This document shows, piece after piece, positions 1 through 9,333 of a DNA stretch of 62,757 bases. The DNA is taken from NCBI GenBank assembly GCA_963733195.1, contig CAVTCR010000015.1, positions 1 through 62,757 on the forward strand, given 5' to 3'. The translations under genes and the position numbers were made by a program. Within the stretch, counting starts at the first letter, position 1. Each line of letters starts with the position of its first letter. The stretch comes from an uncultured delta proteobacterium. Lineage in GTDB: Bacteria; Desulfobacterota; Binatia; Bin18. The notes below the pieces were generated by a model. That model worked only from the letters and a program-made list of their open reading frames with translations. It ran no database searches and was not told where the DNA came from.

Positions 1-943
1 GAACGGGTAGTAGGAAGAGCAGACAGCGATCCGCTACAAGCTAGCACCTCGTGATAACGTGAGTGAGGTGCCTAAAAAGGCTTGGTCCTTATTTTTCAGC
101 TCCGCTAGGTAGCGTTAGGACGTTAGGCCGCAGGATTTTGCAGCCCAACAGAAGTGAAGTCACGCTTGCAATGACAACAGCAAAAGTGGTGCAGGTTGAG
201 CAGTTTTTATGATCAACTTGTGAGGCGGCGTAGTTGTGATGGGCTGCACGGCCGTGCGGCAATTGCGAAGAGCAATCGGCAGCCCATATAGCGTTGAACG
301 AAACCGCTGCGCGGTGGCTCGTCGTATCGTAACAATCGGTGATTTCCCTTCCCAGTCTTATCTCCTAGCTCTGTGCCCAGGCTTGGCAACCACCATCCCA
401 GTGAGTCATGACCTCCGTAAATTACCGCGACGTGGTCGAACTGGCCACGTACGTCAAGGAGGTCAGTATGGGCGAGTTACGGGATCGGATGCAGCAGGAC
501 CTGATCCTGCACGGGATGGCGCCGCGCACCCGCGAGTCGTATCTGGCAGCGGTGCGGGGATTGGCCACGTACTATCACCAACGGCCCGACACCCTTAGTG
601 AGGTGCAAGTTCAGACCTATGTCCGCTACCTGATTGAGGAGCGCCGGCTGGCGCCCAGTAGCGTGCGGGTAGCGGTGATGGGCTTACGCTTTTTCTACAC
701 CCAGACCTTGCAGCGTCCGTGGACCAATTTGCCGTTACCCAAACGGACGAAGACCCTGCCTGAGGTGCTTAGAGGCTATCCGGGAACTGCCTATCGTTTT
801 AGGCGGCCTCTTTTCGGTAATGGAATTCCGGGTGGGGTACCGGACTTAGCCGATGGAGCATTAACTGGATGTTACGCAGATGGATCTGCGCGGCACTGGA
901 TTCGGGCTTGCGCTCATAATCTTTGCTGTGGCGGCGGGCGCGC

Positions 944-2404
944 CATTGGTCACAACTTACGGACTGTCCCACACTACTTGTTCGGTGTCGTGAATCTCGC
1001 GATGGCGCTTTGCGTTGACGTTTAACGAGGCCTAAGAGCTTGGCGTGGTGGACCAGATAGGCACCAAATCGACGGTTTCACCGCGCGTGAGGGCCCGACT
1101 ATAATGGTAGAAGGCGCGAAACACCATCTCTACCGAGATCCGTTCGAGGGGTTCATTGAGGCTCTGAGCCACCTGCTGACAGACATTGAGGAGCACGAGG
1201 TAGAAGAGGAAGGTGGCATAGAGTTGGAGTTGGACGCCATTGGCCGAGGCTTTCCAGAGATAGGCGAGATCGAGCACCCGTTTGGTCACCAAGAAGGCAT
1301 CTTCTATGCGCCAGCGCCGCCGATACAACTCACAGATGTGGCGCGCGGAGAGCTGAGTGGGATCAAGCACGTTGGTGAGATAGCGATACCACTGCCCGCG
1401 CCACAAGACTGAGACCAAGCGTAAGGGATGACGGCAAGGATGGGAGGGATGGAGGCCGACCTCAATGAGTTCATCGCGATAGTACGGGCCGTGCGCGAGC
1501 ACGCTGGGTGAGGCGATAGGCCGTCTTTTGGCGCAAACGGGTCACGAAGAATTTCTGCTGGTCGGTAAAGTCATCAAACCACAAGAAACTAAAGAAGCCC
1601 AAGTCAAAGATCAGCAAGCCCCGTTCCGGCACGGCGGCGAGAATCTCCGCCGCAAAGCGTTTATCATTGGCCGCCGCATCTTCGGTATAGAGTTGCCACA
1701 GGGGACGATGGGTAAAGGCTTCGACCATCGCCATCACGCGGCCTGCGAGGACGAGGCCGGGCTGAGCCTGCAGCGTCTGGGTTTTTTTGCGCAGCGCTTC
1801 GAGCGTCGAGCCATCGACCATGGCAATGCGGGAAAAGCGCGCCCGGACCTCGGCCCAGCTTCTCCAGGCCGGGCAGCTGCGGTGGGGACTGCCCCTGCAA
1901 GCGGGCGCTCACCTCGGTAAAAACAGCTGCCAGAGCACGGGCGGGTAAAGTATCCAGCCGTTTGGCGATGGCTTGTTCACTAACCTGGAGCGGGGAGACC
2001 CACAGCAAGCCGTCTTGGACGACGACCCGCTGCACTTCGGCAATCGCGCCTAAGCGGCGCCACACCAGGCTCACGATCAGGGCCACCATCACCGGTAACG
2101 TCAAAATCCGCGCCCGCAAGCGGATCAGCCGCTCGGGATTACGCGGGTCGCGTCGTTCCAGGTGGCGCGGCGCAAACAACGCCGGCGTCAGTAACGCCGT
2201 CAGCTCCGCTTCGATCTCCGCCACTGAAGGCATCGGGCCCGGGACCCGATGGCGAAAATCAGGATTCCCACGCCCTCGTTTGTTGCGCTTGACCATCTCT
2301 CACCTCTTGATTGTAGATCGTGAGAGAATAACGGATTAGCCGTCTCGGGAAAGCCGCTGTTTGTCAGGTCCCTGTGCCCCGTTCCCGTTAAGTTGGGACC
2401 GGTG
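944..2404 (-). mobile_element. IS4-family insertion sequence nested in the IS5 element
   Basis: Imperfect TIRs CATTGGTCACAACTTACGG / CCGTTAAGTTGGGACCGGTG; 10-bp TSD GCGGGCGCGC (934-943, 2405-2414). Confidence 0.9.
957..2296 (-). CDS. IS4-family DDE transposase (frameshifted over three ORFs)
   Basis: Motifs VDGST, IFDLGF, YLTN and YRRRWRIEDAF (YREK signature). Confidence 0.88.
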
Positions 2405-3756
2405 GCGGGCGCGCCCATGGAAGCCATTGGTCCGTTCCACCACCCAGCGCTTGGGAAGCGGAACAAAGCCCGTGCTCCCCACTGGCCGTTTCTTCACTTC
2501 GATCCGCCATCCGGGCCGATGCTCTTTGAGCCACGCGGCCAAGTCATGATTGTGATACTTGCTATCGCCAAAAATGACCGTGAGCCGCGGGAAATCCGTC
2601 CGCACTGATTTGGGCAAGGAGCTTGACGGCGGGGGCCCCATCATCGAGCGCCGCGCTCGTGATCAAGACGACGAGCAGCAACCCAATCGTGTCAACCAGC
2701 ACATGGCGTTTGCGCCCGTTGATTTTCTTGCCTCGTCATACCCGCGCTCTGCGCCCCCCACTTCTGTCGTCTTAACCGATTGACTGTCGATGCAGGCGGC
2801 ACTGGGAGGGCTCGCGCCCTTCTTGCACGCGCACGCGGGTGCGCAACAGGCTGACGATCTTGGCCCACGTGCCGTCATCCCGCCACTGCGCAAAGTAATC
2901 GTACACGGTACTTTTGGGGAGCAAGTCGTGCGGTAACATCTCCCACTGACACCCGGTCCGATTCTGATACAGCAACGTGTCGAGTACGGCACGCATATCA
3001 ACACGGCGAGGCGCCCCGCCGTGTTGGGTGCGGGGTGAAGGCAGCAGCGACTTCAGAATCACCCATTGTTCGTCGGTCAGATCTGACGGATACCGCTTCC
3101 GTGCGTGTTCCGGCTTCGCCATGCTCGCGTACTCCTCTCGTTCAGGTTGTACGCCAACTATCCAATAATTCTCGACTTTTGCCAACTAGAGTTCCCGGAT
3201 AGCCTCTTAGTCGCGAGGAGGTCGCGCGGCTGCTGGCCAGTACCACCACGGTGCGCGAGCGGGCGCTATTGATGGCGACGTATGGCGGTGGACTGCGGGT
3301 CAGTGAAGTCGTGCGGCTTACGCGTCGGGGATATTGACGCCGGGCGGGGGATGCTGCGGGTCGAGCAAGGCAAAGGGCGCAAGGATCGCTACACGCTGTT
3401 AGGGCCGCGCCTGTTAGCTGAGTTACGCCACTACTGGCAGGTGTATCGCCCAACGCCGCCGTGGCTGTTCCCGCAGCGGACCAAGCCCGTGCCGATGGAT
3501 ACCTCGACCGCGCAGAAGATTTACTATGCGGCCAAGGCGCGGGCCGGCATTACCAAGGCGGGCGGCATTCACGCCTTGCGCCATGCCTTTACCACCCACT
3601 TGCTGGAAGGGGGCGCGGATCTGGCGACCTTGCAACGCTTGCTCGGGCACGAAAGTGTCACGACCACCATGCACTACGTGCACGTGGCGCGTAGTCACGT
3701 GGCCGCCCAGGGTCTCCGCTGGAGAGCTTACCGGAGGTCGTGCAGCGGGGTAACCC

Positions 3757-4986
3757 ATGCCGCGGCTGTCGTCGCCACCGACAGCGACCGGCGCCGCCGC
3801 CCATCCGTCCCCACCGCCCTTTGAGGTGGCCGACATCGTGCGGGCGTATGGCGCGGCATTTCGCGCGACGCACCCCGTCTCGCACGAGCAAGCACGGGTG
3901 CTGCGGGCGATTGCGCAGTGCCGCACGGCTGCTTTCGGCGGCCATGTCGAAGTGTGTGAGCGGTGCGGCACGGAACGGCTCTGTTACGACTCCTGTCGCA
4001 ATCGCCACTGCCCCAAGTGCCAAGGCAGCGCCCGGGCCAAATGGCTCGCAGCCGAGCAGGCCTTGCTGCTGCCCATTCCCTACTTCCACGTCGTCTTCAC
4101 CCTCCCGCATCGGCTCAATCCGCTGATTCGGGTCAACCAACGCCTCCTCTACGACCTCTTGTTCCAGACGGCCGCCCAGACCCTGCAGGAGTTCGCGCGG
4201 GACCCCAAACATTTAGGGGCAGAACTGGGCATCACGGCCGTCCTCCACACGTGGGGCCAGACACTCACCGAGCATGTCCATGTCCACTGCGTCGTCACGG
4301 GCGGCGGCTTGAGTCCCGATGGGACGCAGTGGCGCAACTGTCGGCGGCGCTTTCTCTTTGCCGTCAAGGCGCTGAGCCAAGTCTTCCGGGGCAAGTATCT
4401 GGCCGGGCTGGAGCGATTGCGCAGCCAGCAGCGGCTGACCTTTGCCGGGCGAGAGCGCCGCCGTTGGCCGAGGACGCTGCCTGGACGGCCTTCCGTCAGC
4501 ACCTCTACGCCACGCCGTGGGTGGTCTACGCTAAACCGCCCTGGGGCAGCCCCGAGCAAGTCCTGAAGTATCTCAGCCGCTACACTCACCGCGTGGCCAT
4601 TGCCAATTCCCGGCTCGTCTTTGTCGGCGACGGGATCGTACGCTTTCGCTATAAAGATTACGCGGCTGAGGGGACGCCCAAAGTCATGGAGCTGCGGGCG
4701 GAGGAGTTCCTACGCCGCTTCCTGCTCCACGTCGTGCCCCCCGGCTTCGTGCGTATCCGCCACTACGGCCTGCTGGCCAATCGCACGCGGCAAGAGAAGC
4801 TCACCCGCTGCCCGCCAGCTCTTGGCGGTCGTGGCCGCCACGGCCACAGCCCTCCTGGCGCGCACGCAGCCCCGCCCACGGACACGAGCGCTCCTCCCGC
4901 CGCTTCCACACGGTGCCCCCACTGTGCCGGGAGTTCACTGGCGGATCATCGCCCTCCTGGCGCCCCAGCGAGGACTCCCGCCATGA
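3757..4986 (+). CDS. IS91-family rolling-circle (Y2) transposase (frameshifts near 4455 and 4813)
   Basis: Zn finger CERC...[32 protein letters not shown] (HUH), [11 protein letters not shown] (Y2), [12 protein letters not shown]. Confidence 0.92.
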
Positions 4987-5264
4987 CCCGTCTCCACGCC
5001 GTTCCTACTCTGCCCCTGTGGCACTCCTCACTACTCGTGACTTCCCTCACCGAGCGGTCTGGTCCCGTGCGTTCACATCCTGGCTCTTCCTTCTTCTCGC
5101 GAGCAATCAGAGCCGACACTCCTGCTCCTGCCCCGTCTCTTGCGCCAGTCCGTCTGCTCCTCCGCTTGGTCGCTGCCCGTTTCACCGCTCGTGCAACCAT
5201 TGGCAGGTCTCCTCAGACTCGATAGAATCCCCATAGCGCCGACGGCCTGTGGGGCCGCGGTTCC

Positions 5265-5355
5265 GTTCAACAGGATTTATCCGCCCTGCGACGAGAAGAC
5301 CGGGGAAGGCTCTCACTGTAGTACTGCAGGACGGATTAAATCCTTGGCGTTAGGT
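5265..5355 (+). other. attC-type recombination site 1
   Basis: R'' GTTCAAC (RYYYAAC), arms AGGATTTATCCG / CGGATTAAATCCT with one unpaired base, R' GTTAGGT. Confidence 0.75.
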
Positions 5356-5509
5356 CCAGATACTTCTAACAATGTATTAAGGAGGATACTCGATGCGAAA
5401 ACCAATTGCATCTTCGTTTGCAATGATAATCGCGCGCATCATGACTTCGCACGTCGCCCCGACTGTCTCGATGCCGGTGGCCCTGGCATTTCTCAAGGTG
5501 ATCCCTCCC

Positions 5510-6403
5510 ATGTTTCGTCCCACTCTGATACTTGCCTGTGTGTTGTTGATCTCGGTCCAGTCTCACGCCGACATCATCACGCCGCCTGGTCTCAGCCCGG
5601 GTGACCAGTTCCGTATCGTGTTCACCACGGACATCGACTACCGCATGCCAGCTACGTCGCCTAACATTGGCGACTATGACAATCTGATCCAAAATAACGC
5701 GGTCTTCGCCGGGCTGGACACATACAACGGACAAGCCGTGAACTGGATGGTACTGGGCAGTACGCCGGCCGTCTCCGCGGTATCCCGCGTTCCCCTGTCT
5801 TCGGACGTGCCAATTTACCGCGTCGATGGGGTCGAGGTCGCGGACAACGCGACGGACCTCTGGGACGGGTCGATCGATGCGCCGATCAACCTGACCGCGA
5901 GCGGGGGGGACACCGTTCAACAATCCGTCGAACACGTACTCGGGTTCCAACCCGAATGGTACAGCGGCCTCACCCTTCGGCGGCGGCAGTTTTGTTACGT
6001 TTGGCTCGTGGACGCGGGCAGACAGTGGGTGGTTTACCCTTGGTGCGGTTTTTGCTCCGAATGCTTCCTATACCTACTACGGGATTTCGGAGGTATTAAC
6101 TGTCCCAGATGCTGATACCGACGAGGATGGTGTGCCTAACGATGAGGATGATTGCCCCGATTCCGATCTGAGTGACACCGTTGTGATTGATGGCTGCGAT
6201 TCTGGGGTCACCAACACCTTGTCAGAAGACGGTTGCACGATTACTGACCTCGTTGCAGAATGCGCCGAGGACGCTAGCACCCATGACCAGTTCGTGAGTC
6301 TGTGTCGCTAATTTAACAATGCCCTGAAGCAAGCCGGCACCATCACGGGTCGGCAGGAAGGGCGCGATCGCAACGCTGTGCCGCGCAGGCTGACATACCC
6401 TAA
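5510..6403 (+). CDS. Secreted protein cassette gene (PGLxPGDQFR-type N-domain; C-terminal DxDxDG/Cys-rich region), frameshifted
   Basis: Signal peptide MFRPTLILACVLLISVQSHA followed by DIITPPGLSPGDQFRIVF. A shifted frame gives DTDEDGVPNDEDDCPDSD...CAAQADIP*. Lies between attC1 and attC2. Confidence 0.65.
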
Positions 6404-6514
6404 CCTCTCAAGCTCCGAGCAAACGGGGGCGAAGTAGATTTTTCCAGTGTTGTCAGAGAATCCGGGGCGGGGGGCCAGCGGGCGGAGCTCCCGGCATCCC
6501 TTCCCCTGGACCAA

Positions 6515-6596
6515 GCCTAACTTGGGCGTGCAGGCGACGGCGTACAGCGTCCGCTACGCTCCCGCTTCCCGCCGCGCCTGACGCCTGGCGTTAGGT
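6515..6596 (+). other. attC recombination site 2
   Basis: GCCTAAC...GGCGTGCAGGCG / CGCCTGACGCC (extrahelical base)...GTTAGGT; canonical layout. Confidence 0.9.
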
Positions 6597-6632
6597 GTTG
6601 CTAAAAGGCGGGCACTTTGTTAGGGTCAGGTT

Positions 6633-6830
6633 ATGACTCTCGAAGAGCTTGAATCAGCGGTTGTCACCCTGCCGCCCGGAGACTTGGCGCGTTTCCGCGA
6701 GTGGTTTGAGGAATTCATGGCTGAGCAATGGGATCAGCGCATTGAAGCGGACATCAAAGCCGGCAAGTTTGCTGCTGCGGGCAAACGGGCTGACAGCGAC
6801 TTTGAGGCGGGTCGCTGTACAGAGTTGTGA
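6633..6830 (+). CDS. Putative antitoxin of a cassette-borne TA pair
   Basis: 65 aa acidic protein (WDQRIEADIKAGK) with GTGA overlap into the toxin gene. Confidence 0.75.
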   Translation: MTLEELESAVVTLPPGDLARFREWFEEFMAEQWDQRIEADIKAGKFAAAGKRADSDFEAGRCTEL

Positions 6831-7079
6831 AGCACTTTGCGTCCCCGGAGTTCTGGTTTCACTATCGGCAGCTGCCGGAAGACATTCGCAGTCTCGCTGA
6901 CAAGAACTACGCCCTGCTCAAGACCGACCCTCGGCATTCCTCCGTGCGTCTCAAAAAAGTCGGAGAGTTTTGGGTGGCACGGGTTGGCTTGCATTACCGG
7001 GCGCTGGCGAAGGAACGGGCAGAGGGATTGGTCTGGTTCTGGGTTTGGCTTCCATGCCACCTACGATCAAATGATATAG
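6827..7079 (+). CDS. Putative RelE/ParE-superfamily toxin (frameshift near 7040)
   Basis: MKHFASPEFW...DPRHSSVRLKKVG..WVARVGLHYRAL...WFW, then HATYDQMI* in a shifted frame. Confidence 0.75.
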
Positions 7080-7088
7080 CGTTGCTCC

Positions 7089-7182
7089 ACCTAACCTGCC
7101 AGTGCAGTGCATCGGCAGGGACGTAGCTCCGTGTGTTCGTGAAAGGTTGCGGTTCCCCGCCGGGCGCTGACCGGCAAGGCGT
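7089..7182 (+). other. attC site 3, interrupted in its R' box
   Basis: ACCTAAC, arms TGCCAGTGCAGTGC / GCGCTGACCGGCA, ending GGC-GT where GTTAG is expected. Confidence 0.8.
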
Positions 7183-7290
7183 GTGTGCCGGGCATGTCTC
7201 AATGCTTGGAGGTGAAAGTCCTCTGTCCAGTGAGGTGGAGGCGAAGGACAAGGGAAGCGCAAGGGCGTCACCGTGAGGGTGCGTACTGAT
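7183..7290 (+). mobile_element. Group IIC intron 5' fragment (start of domain I only)
   Basis: GTGTG 5' consensus followed by CCGGGCATG...GGAGGTGAAAGTCCTC...GGAAGCGCAAGGGCGTCACCGTGAGG, typical of IIC 5' ends. No RT ORF or D5/D6 seen. Confidence 0.75.
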
Positions 7291-7313
7291 TGTACTGGAT
7301 ACACATATCTGGG

Positions 7314-7592
7314 GATACTGTTGGCCTACGCATTAAGACCTTGAAAAATCTAGAATTTTTGCTGAGGCCGGGACATTCTATGCTGTCTTGGGAAGAGTAC
7401 CTGTCCCTCACAGCCAGTCCGATGCCGCTGGTTCTGCTAAAGATGGTCCCTATGACATGTCCCAAATCTAGCGGTAGGGGGGGAATGGGATAGGTTTGAG
7501 TGACAGCAGCACCCCAAAACGTGGGCACCGGTGACCGATAGAGCACAAAAATTTCTGTATTTTTGCTATCTTACGAGTAGGCCAACAGTATC
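7314..7592. mobile_element. MITE-like non-autonomous element (279 bp)
   Basis: 16-bp perfect TIR GATACTGTTGGCCTAC / GTAGGCCAACAGTATC with imperfect extension to about 45 bp; direct repeat TCTGGG at 7308-7313 and 7593-7598; no transposase. Confidence 0.85.
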
Positions 7593-7601
7593 TCTGGGTT
7601 T

Positions 7602-7730
7602 GACGGACAATCTGCCGCCGGGCGTTATTTAATAGTCTTTTACATTCTTAAGCTGACTGGGGCACTCTTGCCTATTTCCGCCCGTGACATGGATGATGCC
7701 GAGAGGAGATATTATGAGAAACAAAGATAA
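7602..7730 (+). pseudogene. 3' remnant of a BrnT-like toxin
   Basis: GQSAAGRYLIVFYILK...PISARDMDDAERRYYEKQR* (ISAR motif), overlapping the antitoxin start; 5' half absent. Confidence 0.75.
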
Positions 7731-7989
7731 AATTCGTGATCCATTACCAGAGACGTTTGCAACGGAAGAAGAAGCTGGAGAATTCTGGGATACGCACAGC
7801 ACGACGGATTATGAAGAATATCTGGAGCCTAGCGAGGACGAGATTGAGATCCAGCAGCGCATTTTTGAGGTGCCGGTAGAGGCAGATGTCTTTCGCCGGC
7901 TCCAGCAAGAGGCGCGGAGTTTACACGAAAGCGTACCCAAAGTCGTTGATCACATTTTACGTGAACGGCTTACCATGACCGATTCCTAA
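7714..7989 (+). CDS. CopG/BrnA-like antitoxin
   Basis: F.TEEEAGEFWDTHSTTDY N-terminal motif plus RHH-like C-terminus. Confidence 0.8.
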   Translation: MRNKDKIRDPLPETFATEEEAGEFWDTHSTTDYEEYLEPSEDEIEIQQRIFEVPVEADVFRRLQQEARSLHESVPKVVDHILRERLTMTDS

Positions 7990-8063
7990 GAACTGAACGA
8001 ATCTGCCAAGCTTAGTGATATCCGAATGTTCTGCAATTCGACTGGTCACAAAGGAGAGAGTAC

Positions 8064-9230
8064 ATGAAATTCATCCTCCATCTTGGCCCTGTTGTCCCGG
8101 CGTCCCCGACGGAGCGCGAACAACTCCGTCCGATTGCCCACCGCACCGACAAGATCCAGCTCATGTTGAATGAGATGGTCGAGCTGGCCCAACTCGCAGA
8201 GGAAGTTGGGTTCGACATCTTGACTTATTCGGAACATCAATTCTTTTCTGATGGGTTGATTGCCGGGTCCAATCCAACCCCACATTTGATTAATCTGGCG
8301 GCCAAGACCAAGCGGATCAAGTTGGGGCCGCTTGGCTATGTGCTCCCTACCTGGGACCCGATCCGCCTGGCCTTAGACGTGGCTTGGGCGGATCAAATCA
8401 CCCAGGGACGAGCGGTAGCAGGCTTTGCCCGGGGAGTATTTCCACATTGGGTGAATACCTTGGGACAACACTATAACGTCCAACCCTCGGTGCTGGGGAA
8501 GGATGCGGAGCTCCATAACCGCGAAGTGTCCCAAGAATTATTTGAAATCATCAAGCTCTGCTGGAAAGACGAACCATTTGCGTTCAATGGCAAGTATTAC
8601 CGCGTGCCCAATCCCCCAGAGGGGATCAAATGGCCGGCAGCGGACGCAGCCCGCCGCTATGGGGCACCAGGAGAGATTGATGAGCAAGGGTGGTTGCGCA
8701 AGGTGTCGCCTGTGCCAAAGCCGTTTCAGAAACCGCATCCCTTACTCTTGCAAGCTATGACGTTGACCCGAGAAACGATCGGCTGGACTGCACAGGAGGG
8801 CATTGTCCCGATGATCTTTTTGCCCTTTCCTGACGTTGCGATTCAAGGGGCAGACTTCTACCGGCAAGAAGCACTGAAAGCGGGACGGGTATTGAAGCTG
8901 GGCCAAAGTGTCGGACTGGCACGCATTGTTGCTATAGGGAAGACAAAAGACGCGGCCCTCGATATCGCACGCCGAGGGATTATGTATTTACTCGGGCTCT
9001 ACCACTCGCATTTTTATCCGAATATTCCCACGACGATTGAGCCCGTCGTTGAGGCGGGAATTGCCTTTGTTGGGACTCGGGACGACGTGCGACGCCAACT
9101 CGCTGTCGTGCAGGAAAAGCTGAACCCTGAGTACTTTCTGGTGTTCTGCGATCAAGGCTTACTACCGTTGGACGAAGTGAAGAAGCAGGTGGAACTCTTT
9201 GCCACGCTCATGCCGGAGTTTATGGACTAA
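8064..9230 (+). CDS. LLM-class flavin-dependent oxidoreductase
   Basis: AEEVGFD..SEHQF, DPIRLA, PKPFQKPHP; AAGGAG RBS. Confidence 0.9.
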   Translation: MKFILHLGPVVPASPTEREQLRPIAHRTDKIQLMLNEMVELAQLAEEVGFDILTYSEHQFFSDGLIAGSNPTPHLINLAAKTKRIKLGPLGYVLPTWDPIRLALDVAWADQITQGRAVAGFARGVFPHWVNTLGQHYNVQPSVLGKDAELHNREVSQELFEIIKLCWKDEPFAFNGKYYRVPNPPEGIKWPAADAARRYGAPGEIDEQGWLRKVSPVPKPFQKPHPLLLQAMTLTRETIGWTAQEGIVPMIFLPFPDVAIQGADFYRQEALKAGRVLKLGQSVGLARIVAIGKTKDAALDIARRGIMYLLGLYHSHFYPNIPTTIEPVVEAGIAFVGTRDDVRRQLAVVQEKLNPEYFLVFCDQGLLPLDEVKKQVELFATLMPEFMD

Positions 9231-9252
9231 AGCGAAACACCTGACCTGGGGA

Positions 9253-9298
9253 GACTGCCTCTTCGTAGGCAAAGATGTTGGGAAGCGAAGAGGCAGTC
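9253..9298. terminator. Hairpin between convergent genes
   Basis: 13-bp stem GACTGCCTCTTCG / CGAAGAGGCAGTC. Confidence 0.55.
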
Positions 9299-9333
9299 CC
9301 ATTCTGGCCGTAGCCGGTGATCGTGCGTTAGTT

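Larger units (their letters stand above)
799..3122 (-). pseudogene. IS5-family transposase split by an IS4 element
   Basis: RYPSDLTDEQW, TGCQW..LPHD, IDSQSVKT and KRWVVERT lie in 2405-3122. The C-terminus RARRHSKDYERKPESSAAQIHL...EAA* resumes at 943-799. Confidence 0.9.
772..3206 (-). mobile_element. IS5-family (IS1031-like) insertion sequence
   Basis: Perfect 17-bp TIRs GAGGCTATCCGGGAACT (772-788) / AGTTCCCGGATAGCCTC (3190-3206); 3-bp TSD TTA (769-771, 3207-3209). Confidence 0.93.
468..3753 (+). pseudogene. Tyrosine recombinase (SAM-like N-domain + catalytic domain), interrupted by IS at 772-3206
   Basis: AAGGAGG RBS then MGELRDRMQQDL...LPEVL. After removing the IS it reads SREEVARLL...YGGGLRVSE...GKGRKDR...HALRH...LLGH...TTMHY. 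Extra 1-nt indels near 3318 and 3712. Confidence 0.9.
122..5355 (+). mobile_element. IS91-like element (tyrosine recombinase + Y2 HUH transposase) with gene-cassette architecture
   Basis: Starts at a GTTAGGC core (122-128), carries a recombinase then a Zn-finger/HUH/Y2 transposase, and ends in an attC-type palindrome (5265-5355). The left boundary is inferred. Confidence 0.75.

Noticed and set aside
50-128. Complete attC or attI upstream of the element (tandem CGTTAGG at 113-127)
   Set aside because: R'-like cores are present, but I could not find a convincing RYYYAAC box with paired arms.
468-3753. Tyrosine recombinase as the array's integron integrase (intI)
   Set aside because: It lacks the IntI-specific insertion around patch III (no ALERKYP/DPRSG..RRHH-like segments), is co-oriented with the cassettes, and is coupled to the IS91-type transposase.
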